Source: Candidatus Binatia bacterium (GTDB lineage: Bacteria > Desulfobacterota > Binatia > HRBIN30). From it: 64,000 nt of DNA. Numbering within the stretch: position 1 is the first letter of the stretch; the number at the start of each line of letters is the position of its first letter. The stretch is taken from contig JBBRSP010000009.1 in NCBI GenBank assembly GCA_038245295.1, forward strand, positions 128,001 to 192,000. The letters run 5' to 3'. The position numbers and the translations under genes are program-made. Below are positions 21,173 to 30,189 of this stretch, in pieces. A model generated the notes under the pieces. The model worked only from the letters and a program-made list of their open reading frames with translations, made no database searches and had not been told where the DNA came from.

Positions 21173-23045
21173 GGCGCTTGAGATGAATCGAGAGTAGAGA
21201 GACGGCCGCCGGTGTCAGGCCAGGGACGCGCGCCGCCTGGCCCAGCGATCGGGGTCGAATTCGCGTCAGTTTTTCACTACATTCCCTAGATAATCCAATA
21301 ACTTGGGCGTAGTCTAGCGTCTCGGGAATGAGTGTCCCTTCGAGATTCTTGAGACGCTCCACCGCATCTTGCTGGCGCTTTACATAGCCGGCGTATTTCA
21401 GATCGACTTCGACCTGGGCGACGATGTCTTGGCTCGGACGGGCGCGTTCGCCTCCGGAGAGCTTGATGACGTCGTCATACGTCAGCTCGGGACGTCGCAA
21501 CAGTTGCGCCAGGGTTGCCGGATTGACGATCTCGGCGGTTTCATGAGCCCGCAGCCGGTCGTTGACAGCCGCGGTCGGGGCAACCGAGGTCCGCTCCAGC
21601 CAATCCTTTTCCAGCTCCACTGTCTCACCCTTGGCTCGCGTGCGCGCGAATCCCGCCGGGGCGACGGCGCCAACCCGGTGACCAAGCTCCGCCAGGCGCA
21701 GATCCGCATTGTCCTCGCGCAGCAACAGGCGGTACTCGGCACGCGACGTGAACATGCGGTAGGGCTCACCGCCGACACCTTTGGTCACGAGATCATCGAT
21801 CAACACGCCGATGTAAGCCTGGTCGCGCTGCAAAATCAGCGGCTCGAGTTGGCGCAGACGCAGAACCGCATTGATGCCGGCCATCAACCCCTGCGCCGCC
21901 GCTTCCTCATAACCCGTCGTGCCGTTGATCTGCCCGGCGTGGAAAAGGCCGCCGATAAGCTTCGTCTCTAATGAAGGGAAGAGCTGGGTCGGATCTGCGT
22001 AGTCGTACTCAATGGCGTAACCAGGGCGCATGATCACCGCCTGCTCCAGGCCCGGGATCGATTGCACCATGTCGATCTGCACATCGAGCGGCAGGCTCGT
22101 CGACAGTCCGTTCGGATAGACTTCAACCGTGTCGCGCCCTTCCGGCTCGAGGAAGATCTGGTGGCGATCCTTTTCGGCGAAACGTACGACCTTATCCTCG
22201 ATCGACGGGCAGTATCGCGGGCCACGCCCCTGAATTCGCCCGCCATACAGCGGCGAGCGATGCAGGGCGGCCGTAATGATCTCGTGGGTACGGTGATTGG
22301 TGTACGTGATGTGACACGGAATCTGCGTCTGCGTGATGCTCGGCGTCGAGAACGAGAAGGGAATCGGCGGATCGTCGCCTGGCTGCTCTTCGAGATTCGT
22401 GTAGTCGATGCTGCGCCCGTCGAGACGCGGGCATGTCCCCGTCTTCAACCGTCCGACGTGGAATCCCAACGTCGCGAGCTGCTCGCTGATCCCGGTTGCG
22501 GCAAAGTCGCCGGCGCGGCCCGCCGACATGTTCTTCTCGCCGACGTGGATGAGCCCGTTGAGGAACGTTCCGGTGGTGAGAATGACGCTGCGACCGCGAA
22601 TCGTCTCACCCATCTGGGTTTCGACGCCGACGACGTGGCCCGACTCGATCAACAACCCCTCGACGCTGGCCTGGTAGATCGTCAGCCCAGTCGCCGATTC
22701 GAGGCGTTGCTTCATGTAATGCCGATACAAAGCCTTGTCGGCCTGCGCCCGCGACGCACGCACGGCCGGGCCCTTCTTGGTGTTGAGCTGGCGAAACTGG
22801 ATTCCGGTTGCATCGATGGCGCGGCCCATCTCGCCACCGAGGGCGTCGATCTCTTTGACCAGATGCCCCTTGCCGATACCGCCAATCGCCGGATTGCACG
22901 ACATCTGGCCGATGTGGTCGAGGTTCAGCGTCAGCATCAGTGTATCGGCGCCCATGCGCACCGCTACCAAAGCCGCTTCGATCCCGGCGTGGCCGGCACC
23001 GACGACGATCACATCGAAACACTTGGAGAACGGACCGTTCATCAT
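21159..23045 (-). CDS. mnmG: tRNA uridine-5-carboxymethylaminomethyl modification enzyme MnmG/GidA
   Basis: GAGHAG.EAA, MSCNPAIGG, GPRYCPSIEDK, AGQINGTTGYEEAAAQG. Confidence 0.98.
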   Translation of the reverse strand: MMNGPFSKCFDVIVVGAGHAGIEAALVAVRMGADTLMLTLNLDHIGQMSCNPAIGGIGKGHLVKEIDALGGEMGRAIDATGIQFRQLNTKKGPAVRASRAQADKALYRHYMKQRLESATGLTIYQASVEGLLIESGHVVGVETQMGETIRGRSVILTTGTFLNGLIHVGEKNMSAGRAGDFAATGISEQLATLGFHVGRLKTGTCPRLDGRSIDYTNLEEQPGDDPPIPFSFSTPSITQTQIPCHITYTNHRTHEIITAALHRSPLYGGRIQGRGPRYCPSIEDKVVRFAEKDRHQIFLEPEGRDTVEVYPNGLSTSLPLDVQIDMVQSIPGLEQAVIMRPGYAIEYDYADPTQLFPSLETKLIGGLFHAGQINGTTGYEEAAAQGLMAGINAVLRLRQLEPLILQRDQAYIGVLIDDLVTKGVGGEPYRMFTSRAEYRLLLREDNADLRLAELGHRVGAVAPAGFARTRAKGETVELEKDWLERTSVAPTAAVNDRLRAHETAEIVNPATLAQLLRRPELTYDDVIKLSGGERARPSQDIVAQVEVDLKYAGYVKRQQDAVERLKNLEGTLIPETLDYAQVIGLSRECSEKLTRIRPRSLGQAARVPGLTPAAVSLLSIHLKRHAVR

Positions 23046-24406
23046 TTCCCAATACAGAACTGGCTGAAGATGTGGTCGAGAACCTCCTCGTTGCTGACGA
23101 GGCCGGTAATCTCTCCCACATGATCAATAGCATCCTGAACATCGACCGCCACCACATCCGGCGGCTGCCCGTCCCGTAACGACTGCAGAACCAGGTCCAG
23201 ACTACGCCGCGCGGCGACGAGTGCGGCAGCATGGCGGGCGTTGGTGATCAGCAGATCATCGGCCGAACGATCATCAGCACGCACCTGCGCCACCACGGCC
23301 CGACGCAGTTGATCGAGCCCGGTGCCGCGTGTCGCCGAGATCGCCACAGAAGGCAGGTCGACGATTTGCGTCGTCGCATCGGCGCAAACACCGAGGTCCG
23401 TCTTGTTCAGCGCGACAACACGGCGGCTATCTAGTGTGGCCGTCAGCACAGCCTGGTCGGCGGCATCCAACGATTGCGAGCCATCGAGGACAACCACCAC
23501 GACATCGGCTTGCGCCAAGGCCGCTTGCGTTCGCCGCATACCGATCTGCTCGATCGTATCATTAGAGTCGCGGCGCAATCCGGCGGTATCGATCAAGACG
23601 ATGGGGATCCCGTCGAAAGCCAGCGACTCCTCGATTGTATCGCGTGTTGTACCGGCGACGGCTGTGACGATGGCGCGGTCGACGCCGAGCAGGGCGTTCA
23701 TCAGACTCGACTTACCCACATTGGGTTTGCCGATCAGGGCAACACGCAGCCCCTCGCGCAAGACACGGCCGCGTTCATAGGTGACGATGAGACCGTCGAG
23801 GCGCTGGCACGACTGCGCGACTTGTTCGGCGATCTGCCGCGGATCGATGTGGACATCCTCGTCGCTAAAATCGATCTGCACTTCCAAAAGGGCTTTGCTG
23901 GCAATGATCCCCGAACGCAGCTCATTGAGAGTCGTCGACAGCTTGCCATCCAGTTGCGTCAGCGCCGCAGCAGCGGCGGCCGGGCTGCGCGCACCGATCA
24001 GATCGGCGACAGCCTCGGCTTGCGCCAGGTCGATGCGACCATTGAGGAACGCCCGCTTGGTGAACTCTCCTGGCCGGGCCGCACGGGCCCCCGCCTGGAG
24101 GACAACGGCCAGGACCGCGCGCAGAACCAGAGGACTCCCATGACAGTGCAGCTCAAGGACATCTTCGCCGGTGTAACTGTTCGGCCCGCGCATCAGCACC
24201 GCCAGACCGGCATCAAGGCGCGCCGCGTGTGTATCGACAAGATGTCCGGCGTAGAGCTGGTGGCTGTGCCACGTCGCCGTCGTCTTCGCGCCGCGAAAGA
24301 CAGCGGTGGCGACATCGCTCGCCGCGGCGCCACTCACTCTAACGATACCGACACCGCCGCTACCGGCAGGTGTCGCGATCGCCGCGATCGTGTCACTCTC
24401 ATACAT
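23042..24406 (-). CDS. mnmE: tRNA modification GTPase MnmE/TrmE
   Basis: DTIAAIAT, GKPNVGKSS, GTTRD, DTAG, NKTD, C-terminal FCIGK. Confidence 0.98.
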   Translation of the reverse strand: MYESDTIAAIATPAGSGGVGIVRVSGAAASDVATAVFRGAKTTATWHSHQLYAGHLVDTHAARLDAGLAVLMRGPNSYTGEDVLELHCHGSPLVLRAVLAVVLQAGARAARPGEFTKRAFLNGRIDLAQAEAVADLIGARSPAAAAAALTQLDGKLSTTLNELRSGIIASKALLEVQIDFSDEDVHIDPRQIAEQVAQSCQRLDGLIVTYERGRVLREGLRVALIGKPNVGKSSLMNALLGVDRAIVTAVAGTTRDTIEESLAFDGIPIVLIDTAGLRRDSNDTIEQIGMRRTQAALAQADVVVVVLDGSQSLDAADQAVLTATLDSRRVVALNKTDLGVCADATTQIVDLPSVAISATRGTGLDQLRRAVVAQVRADDRSADDLLITNARHAAALVAARRSLDLVLQSLRDGQPPDVVAVDVQDAIDHVGEITGLVSNEEVLDHIFSQFCIGK

Positions 24407-24473
24407 CGGTGACCACTGTTACCGTTCTTTGCGCGGCGGCGCGACCTCCGACCGGCGGCTGTCGATCGGACAC

Positions 24474-24596
24474 CGCAAGCTGAAGCTTGCGCCTACCCCT
24501 GCGACGGCGGATCTATTTACGCTTGGGTAGCCGCAGGCTTCAGCCTGCGCCGTCCCTCGATGGGGTTACGCACCGCAAGCTGAAGCTTGCGCCTAC
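24474..24596. repeat. Cluster of three GTAG-family REPs
   Basis: CGCAAGCTGAAGCTTGCGCCTAC at 24474 and 24574; GTAGCCGCAGGCTTCAGCCTGCG at 24527. Confidence 0.85.
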
Positions 24597-24666
24597 CAGC
24601 CCGCCGTAGACGCAGATGTCCGTTTATCGCTAGTTGTCCTTTGACCGAGGTGTTAGCTCGTGCCGC

Positions 24667-26307
24667 ATGACGATGAGTCGCGATCAATGTTACGCAGCCA
24701 TCGAACGGCGTGATCGGCGCTTCGACGGTCGCTTCTTCACCGCCGTAAAAACCACCGGGATCTACTGCCGGCCGATCTGTCCGGCACGCACACCCAAGGC
24801 GGCAAACGTTGAGTTTTTCACCTTTCCCGCCGCGGCCGAGGCGGCCGGCTACAGGCCTTGCCTACGTTGTCGGCCGGAGACAGCACCGGGAACGCCGGCC
24901 TGGCTTGGGACCTCAGCCATCGTCGGACGCGCCTTGCGGTTGATTGATCAGGGAGCGCTCGATGACGGCGACGTGGAACGGCTGGCGGCGCGTGTCGGTG
25001 TGACCGGGCGCCACCTACGCCGCCTGTTTCAAACCCATGTCCGCACGACACCGCAAGCCGTGGCGCAGGCACGCCGGGTTCACTTTGCCTTGCGCTTGTT
25101 GCGCGACACCCGTTTGCCGATCACCCGCATCGCCTTTGATGCCGGCTTTGCCAGCATTCGACAGTTCAACCATTCGATCCGTCAGACATGCCAGAAGCCA
25201 CCGCGAACCATTCGTCGCGAACATCCGGATGAACCGCCGAGCGACAATCTGCGGCTGCGTCTGCCCTATCGGCCGCCGCTCGATTGGCCGGCGCTGCTGA
25301 ACTTCCTGCGTCCACGCGCCATCCCCGGCGTCGAGGTCGTCGGCGACACGACCTACGTGCGTACGATTGCCATCGGGCCAACCAGTGCTGATCGCAGCCC
25401 CCTTGGGTCGGAACCAACTCAGGCCAACCAGCCCTACCTCCGTCATTCCGGCGAAAGCCGCAATCTCCCAAGCATTCCGCAGCTTCAAATCGAGGAGATC
25501 CCGGCTTTCGCCGGGATGACAGGTCAGGATGACAAAATACGGCACCGGAAAATCTTGGCATGCCGCGAAGAAATTGAACGTTTGCCACATGGAGTCTTGC
25601 GGGTCGAACACGATGCGACGGCCCATGCCCTGGTGTTGGAAGTGCCGGCGGCGGCGAACCTGTTGATCGTCGTACGACGTGTTCGTCGCCTCTTCGACCT
25701 CGACGCAGATCCGCTGGCAATTGCCGAGCATCTATCAGCCTCCCCAACGCTGAAGCCGCTGGTCGAGCGACGCCCCGGGCTGCGTGTCCCGGGCGCCTGG
25801 GACGCGTTCGAGCTGTGTGTGCGGGCAATCCTCGGCCAGCAGGTTAGCGTGCGCGGCGCGACGACCCTCGCCGGCCGGCTTGTCCAACGTTGGGGGCAAG
25901 CGATGGCCAACCCCGACGTCGTCACGCACTTGTTCCCGAGTGCGGCGTGTATTGCCGGCGCCGACGTCAGCGTCATCGGTCTTCCGAAACAGCGCGCCGC
26001 AACGATTCAGGGGCTGGCCCAACAGTTCGCCGCCGGATCGCTCGAGCTTGATACGCCGCGCGATCTCGAGTCGGTGATCACCACGCTTTGCGCACTTCCG
26101 GGGATTGGCCCGTGGACCGCAAACTACATCGCCATGCGCGCCTGTGGTGAACCCGACGCTTTCCCGGCCGGAGATCTAGGTATTCGCCACGCCCTCGGCG
26201 ACGCCAAACTATCGGAGCGTCAAGTCACCGAGCTCGCCGAAGTGTGGCGACCCTGGCGTGCCTACGCGGCTCTGCATCTCTGGACAAGCCTGAGCAAGGA
26301 GGAGTGA
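24667..26307 (+). CDS. alkA: AdaA-AlkA fusion (Ada Zn domain, AraC HTH, 3-methyladenine DNA glycosylase) with an internal insertion
   Basis: DGRFF.AVKTTGIYCRP.CPA, RPCLRCRPE, LGQQVS, HhH LPGIGPWTA.YIA, DAFP..DLG, WRPWR.YA. Start taken at ATG 24667. Confidence 0.92.
   Translation: MTMSRDQCYAAIERRDRRFDGRFFTAVKTTGIYCRPICPARTPKAANVEFFTFPAAAEAAGYRPCLRCRPETAPGTPAWLGTSAIVGRALRLIDQGALDDGDVERLAARVGVTGRHLRRLFQTHVRTTPQAVAQARRVHFALRLLRDTRLPITRIAFDAGFASIRQFNHSIRQTCQKPPRTIRREHPDEPPSDNLRLRLPYRPPLDWPALLNFLRPRAIPGVEVVGDTTYVRTIAIGPTSADRSPLGSEPTQANQPYLRHSGESRNLPSIPQLQIEEIPAFAGMTGQDDKIRHRKILACREEIERLPHGVLRVEHDATAHALVLEVPAAANLLIVVRRVRRLFDLDADPLAIAEHLSASPTLKPLVERRPGLRVPGAWDAFELCVRAILGQQVSVRGATTLAGRLVQRWGQAMANPDVVTHLFPSAACIAGADVSVIGLPKQRAATIQGLAQQFAAGSLELDTPRDLESVITTLCALPGIGPWTANYIAMRACGEPDAFPAGDLGIRHALGDAKLSERQVTELAEVWRPWRAYAALHLWTSLSKEE
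25442..25520. repeat. RPE/RIME-like palindromic element inserted in-frame in alkA
   Basis: GTCATTCCGGCGAAAGCCG...CGGCTTTCGCCGGGATGAC, translated as RHSGESRNLP...IPAFAGMT. Confidence 0.85.
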
Positions 26308-26819
26308 TGCTCGACGTATTTTCCTATGCATCGCCGGTTGGTGAACTGGCACTCGTCGCCAGCGGTAACACGCTGCGCGTTCTCTCGTACCCCAACTACT
26401 GGCCGGCGTTTCAGAAGCGCCTGGAACAGCGGCACGGACCGGCCGCGCTGCGGCAGGCGACGAGTCTCCCGGGAATCACGCCTGTCCTGGATCGATACTT
26501 CGCCGGCGATGTGACCGCCGTCGACACACTCGAGGTGGAACCGGAGGGCACCGAGTTCCAGGTGCGCGCCTGGCGCGCGTTGCGCGAGATCCCGGCCGGC
26601 CAGACATGGTCCTATGGCGACCTCGCACGGCGCATCGGCGCACCAACCGCCGTCCGCGCCATCGGGGCGGCCAACGGCGCCAACCCGATCAGCATCGTGC
26701 TGCCGTGTCATCGTGTCATCGGCAGTGACGGCTCCCTCACCGGCTACGGCGGCGGCCTCGAACGCAAACGCTGGTTGCTCGATCACGAACAACGCCACTG
26801 CGGCCAGCGGCTGTTCTAG
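26307..26819 (+). CDS. ogt: Methylated-DNA-protein-cysteine methyltransferase
   Basis: GTEFQ..AW..L..IP.G, PCHRV active site; ATG overlaps the alkA stop (TGATG) with RBS GGAGG. Confidence 0.95.
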   Translation: MLDVFSYASPVGELALVASGNTLRVLSYPNYWPAFQKRLEQRHGPAALRQATSLPGITPVLDRYFAGDVTAVDTLEVEPEGTEFQVRAWRALREIPAGQTWSYGDLARRIGAPTAVRAIGAANGANPISIVLPCHRVIGSDGSLTGYGGGLERKRWLLDHEQRHCGQRLF

Positions 26820-26899
26820 AGAAACCTATCGAGGCAACTCTCGACTCTCGACTCGCTTCCGATTGACCCATAGCGCGCGCTGCAGCTACGTTGCCGCAC

Positions 26900-27799
26900 A
26901 TGCGATCAATCATCTTGGCTGTGGCTGTTGCGGCGACGTTGACCCACGCGGCACACGGTGCCGATTTCGAGGGCGAGGTCTCGGTGCGTCTCATCCACGT
27001 CAGTCTGGGGCGCCTCGTCACCATGCTCGGCGCCGGCGCAACACAACCGCAGAAGGTGTTCGAGGTGCCCGTCGAGCGCTTCGCCGCGATGAAGGATCAG
27101 CCGGACTCCGGTGTCGACGTCCAGGATCTGACCTTCCTGGTGCGCGGCGCGAAGGTACGTATCAACAATTTCGCGCCGCGCGAACCGAACACGTTCGTGT
27201 TGAGCGACACCGCCAAGGGAACCCTCTCGGTGATCCGGCCAACGGAGAAGTCATACGCCGAACTCTCGACGGCAAAACTGGAAGCCGACTCCCGCACCGC
27301 AGCGGAAGCATTCTTGAGCCAGCAACTGGATACGTTGAGCGCTGAGAAGCGTGCCCAGGCTGAGCAATTTCTAAAACATGGAAAAGACGGCGCGGCCTCG
27401 GCGGTCCCCGCTCCGGTGGTGAAGCCACTGGGTAAAACCCTCACCATCGCGGGAATGCAGGCAAGCGGTTACGAGATCAAATCAAGTGAAGAGAACGCGA
27501 TCGGCTGGGTCGCCAAGGACAGCAACAACGTCGCACCGCTGTTCAAGTTCTTCCAGCGCTTCGAAAAGAGCCTGCGCAACAATCCTCTGCAGCCGGCGGC
27601 CGCCGTCGTCGTCATCGCCGACTATGGCATCCCGCTGCGCACCCAGGTTCTGAGCGCCAGCGACTATCTCATCCGCGAGGTGGTGGCGATCAAACCGAAG
27701 AAGGTCGAAGCCGGTCTATTCGAAGTTCCCAAGGGACTCACCGCGATCAAGCAGGGCCAGACCAGCGGCTCGACGACGACTCAGGCACCGCAGAAGTAA
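26900..27799 (+). CDS. Secreted hypothetical protein (DUF4412-like)
   Basis: Signal peptide ...AHGA-DFEG, LGKT.TIAG..A..Y, C-terminal LFEVPKG motif. Confidence 0.65.
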   Translation: MRSIILAVAVAATLTHAAHGADFEGEVSVRLIHVSLGRLVTMLGAGATQPQKVFEVPVERFAAMKDQPDSGVDVQDLTFLVRGAKVRINNFAPREPNTFVLSDTAKGTLSVIRPTEKSYAELSTAKLEADSRTAAEAFLSQQLDTLSAEKRAQAEQFLKHGKDGAASAVPAPVVKPLGKTLTIAGMQASGYEIKSSEENAIGWVAKDSNNVAPLFKFFQRFEKSLRNNPLQPAAAVVVIADYGIPLRTQVLSASDYLIREVVAIKPKKVEAGLFEVPKGLTAIKQGQTSGSTTTQAPQK

Positions 27800-28689
27800 C
27801 GCACACTCTGGTTGAGCAGATGCGCCGCTTCCCATTGCAGGAAGTGGCCGCTGCCGCGCACGACAAAGGGCCCGACGTGCTCCGTGAAGACAGCGGCCGC
27901 CATCAGATCGAAGTCTAGATAGATCACATGATCCTCGGGGCCGAAGAGGATCAGCGTCGGCACACTGCTCTTGCCAAGCTTGGCCGGCTCCGAGGCGGGA
28001 CGAGCACCGAGCGCTGATTCATAGTTGCCCCAGCTGGCGCGCAGCTTGGCCGCGTCGGCGAATGGTTCGGTCATGAAGGCGACGACATCCGGGGTGAAGT
28101 TGCCCGGCCCGGCCCAGAAGCGATGGCCGTAGAACTCGGCGATGTACCGACGCCGGGCGTCGGCGGTCGGCAATTCGGCGAGCAGGGCGTCGGCGTCGCT
28201 GCCCTGGCGAAGGAAGTAATCGATCGACTCCATCCGCGGGCGCGTACGCAAACCCGCATGTTCTTCCTTGAGGTACGGCAACGGCGAGTTGAAGACGACC
28301 TGTCGCCGCACCCAACCTGGGAAACGCGCACTCAGATCCTGCAGCACGGCACCGCCAAGGTCCCCACCGACAACCGAGATCTCGTGGTGCCCAAGGTGAT
28401 CGTGCACCAACGCATACAAGTCGCGCGAGTGCGCCGCCGCGTCGTAGAAGCCATCGGGAGCCACCGAGCTATCGCCGAATCCACGCAGATCAGGTGCAAT
28501 GACTTCGAAGCCGGCCGCCGCCAGCGGCGCGATGTTGCGGTACCAGATGCGCTTGGTCTCCGGCCAGCCATGGATCAAGAGGAGTGGGTATCCACCGCGT
28601 CCGGCGCGGATATAGACCATGTCCACCCCACGCAGCGTGGCGCGCTCGATCGGAAAAGCGTCGGCTCGGAGGATTGCGCTGTCGTCCAT
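27781..28689 (-). CDS. Alpha/beta hydrolase (epoxide hydrolase / haloacetate dehalogenase-like)
   Basis: LIHGWPE, PDLRGFGDS, nucleophile GGDLGG, C-terminal SGHFLQWE. Confidence 0.88.
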   Translation of the reverse strand: MDDSAILRADAFPIERATLRGVDMVYIRAGRGGYPLLLIHGWPETKRIWYRNIAPLAAAGFEVIAPDLRGFGDSSVAPDGFYDAAAHSRDLYALVHDHLGHHEISVVGGDLGGAVLQDLSARFPGWVRRQVVFNSPLPYLKEEHAGLRTRPRMESIDYFLRQGSDADALLAELPTADARRRYIAEFYGHRFWAGPGNFTPDVVAFMTEPFADAAKLRASWGNYESALGARPASEPAKLGKSSVPTLILFGPEDHVIYLDFDLMAAAVFTEHVGPFVVRGSGHFLQWEAAHLLNQSVRYFCGA

Positions 28690-28733
28690 CGCATCGCCTA
28701 TATGCCGTTGACGCATCACGCGCCACCGACCCA

Positions 28734-28890
28734 CGCCAGACGCCAGACCCCCGACCCCTACGCCCTGCGAGACTCAGCCCGGCTTCCACCCGGAACCAAT
28801 GGAAAACCGACAACCGACGACTGACACCGACCGATTGGATGGCGTTTCATCGCCCGTTATCGGTTGTCGGTTCTGGGTCGTCGGTTCTCG
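28734..28890. repeat. Short 7-mer tandem repeats forming an inverted pair between divergent genes
   Basis: ACGCCAG-ACGCCAG-ACCCCCG; AACCGAC-AACCGAC ... TCGGTTG-TCGGTT. Confidence 0.55.
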
Positions 28891-28963
28891 ATTGTGTTGC
28901 ACAGCAGGAAACCCATCCACCCCCGCTGAGATAACCTCGCTCCGAGGCTAAGGTGCGCCAGCC

Positions 28964-29599
28964 ATGCCCGAATCGCCGCCGCGCCTGGAGCGCCTGACCC
29001 TGGTTCGTCATGGCGAAACCCGCGGCCAATCGAGCATTCGCTACTGGGGTTCGACCGACATCGAGTTGAGTGAACTGGGCGAGGCGCAGATGCAGCGTGT
29101 CGGCGAGGCGTTGCGCGGCGAGACTTTCGATGCCGTCCTGACCAGCACCAAGGAACGCACCACGCGCGCCGCCGAGATCATCGTCCCCCAACTCACCTCA
29201 ACACCCGTCGTCGGCTTCAACGAAATCAGTTTCGGCGCCTGGGAGGGACTGACGCGCGAGGAGATCGCCCGCGTCGACCCGCAGGGATACCAGGTCTGGC
29301 GCGACGCGCCGCACGAGTGGACCTACCCGGGCGCCGGCGACTCAGTGGCTTGCTTCCGCGAGCGTGTCCTTAGTGTCTTCCGTTGGTTACTTCCCGAGCT
29401 CCCGCCGAGGACCTTGATGATCGTCCACCGCGGCATCATCGGCGCCGTACTAACCGAGCTTCTCGGTCTGAGCGAAGAAGAACGCGCCGCCTATCCGATC
29501 GATCTGGGGTCCATTCATGTTCTAACCGTGCGGGACGGCGCTTGGTGCGCCGAGCAGGTGAACGCGACGACGCATCTCGAAGATCTTCGTCTGGAGTAA
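28964..29599 (+). CDS. Histidine phosphatase family protein (CobC/GpmB-like)
   Basis: LVRHGET, G.TD..LS..G..Q, EISFGAWEG, VH.G.I. Confidence 0.9.
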   Translation: MPESPPRLERLTLVRHGETRGQSSIRYWGSTDIELSELGEAQMQRVGEALRGETFDAVLTSTKERTTRAAEIIVPQLTSTPVVGFNEISFGAWEGLTREEIARVDPQGYQVWRDAPHEWTYPGAGDSVACFRERVLSVFRWLLPELPPRTLMIVHRGIIGAVLTELLGLSEEERAAYPIDLGSIHVLTVRDGAWCAEQVNATTHLEDLRLE

Positions 29600-29648
29600 A
29601 CCAACGTCCTCCCGGCGAAGGAGACTGTCGACTAACTGGCAAACCCGG

Positions 29649-29724
29649 CTTCGACGGGCTCAGCCTGAGCGGTTGCTGTGTTGATCTTGCGGATGTTTTT
29701 CCGCTCACCCTGAGCCCGTCGAAG
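29649..29724. repeat. Inverted-repeat element of CTTCGACGGGCTCAG family
   Basis: CTTCGACGGGCTCAGCCTGAGCGG ... CCGCTCACCCTGAGCCCGTCGAAG. Confidence 0.75.
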
Positions 29725-29865
29725 GGTGAGCCTGCCTTTGTCGATAGTCTCGAGGGCCGAGACCCAGCGTAACCGAACGCACAGCCACGTTGTCATCACT
29801 GGACCCCGGCTTTCGAGTATGTCGATTTTCTCTGATCTCATCGTTTGAAAGTGCGCAAACACCCC

Positions 29866-30126
29866 CGTCATACCGGCGAAAGCCGGTATCTCCCGAGCAT
29901 TTTTGGCCTTCCACACGGGGAGATCCCGGTTTTCACCGGGATGACGTTGCTCCACTTTGGTTTTACGACAGTCTCCTTCGCCGGGATGACGTTGCTTCAT
30001 TTTAGTTTATCGACAGTCTCTTTCGCCGGGATGACGTTGCTTCATTTTAGTTTATCGACAGTCTCTTTCGCCGGGGCGACGTTGCTTCATTTTAGTTTAT
30101 CGACAGTCGCCTTCGCCGGGATGACG
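29866..30126. repeat. RPE/RIME-like element followed by 45-bp tandem array (4 full units + partial)
   Basis: Unit (C/T)TTCGCCGGGATGACGTTGCTTCATTTTAGTTTATCGACAGTCTC starting at 29931, 29976, 30021, 30066, 30111. Confidence 0.9.
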
Positions 30127-30189
30127 GCATCTCCAGAGACGCTGTTCCCGAGAAAATCGACAGTCTCTTGCGCGGGGACGGCGAACAGC

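Noticed and set aside
29931..30126. 45-bp array as a CRISPR array
   Set aside because: The would-be spacers are nearly identical, the units derive from a dispersed palindromic element, and there are no cas genes in the window.
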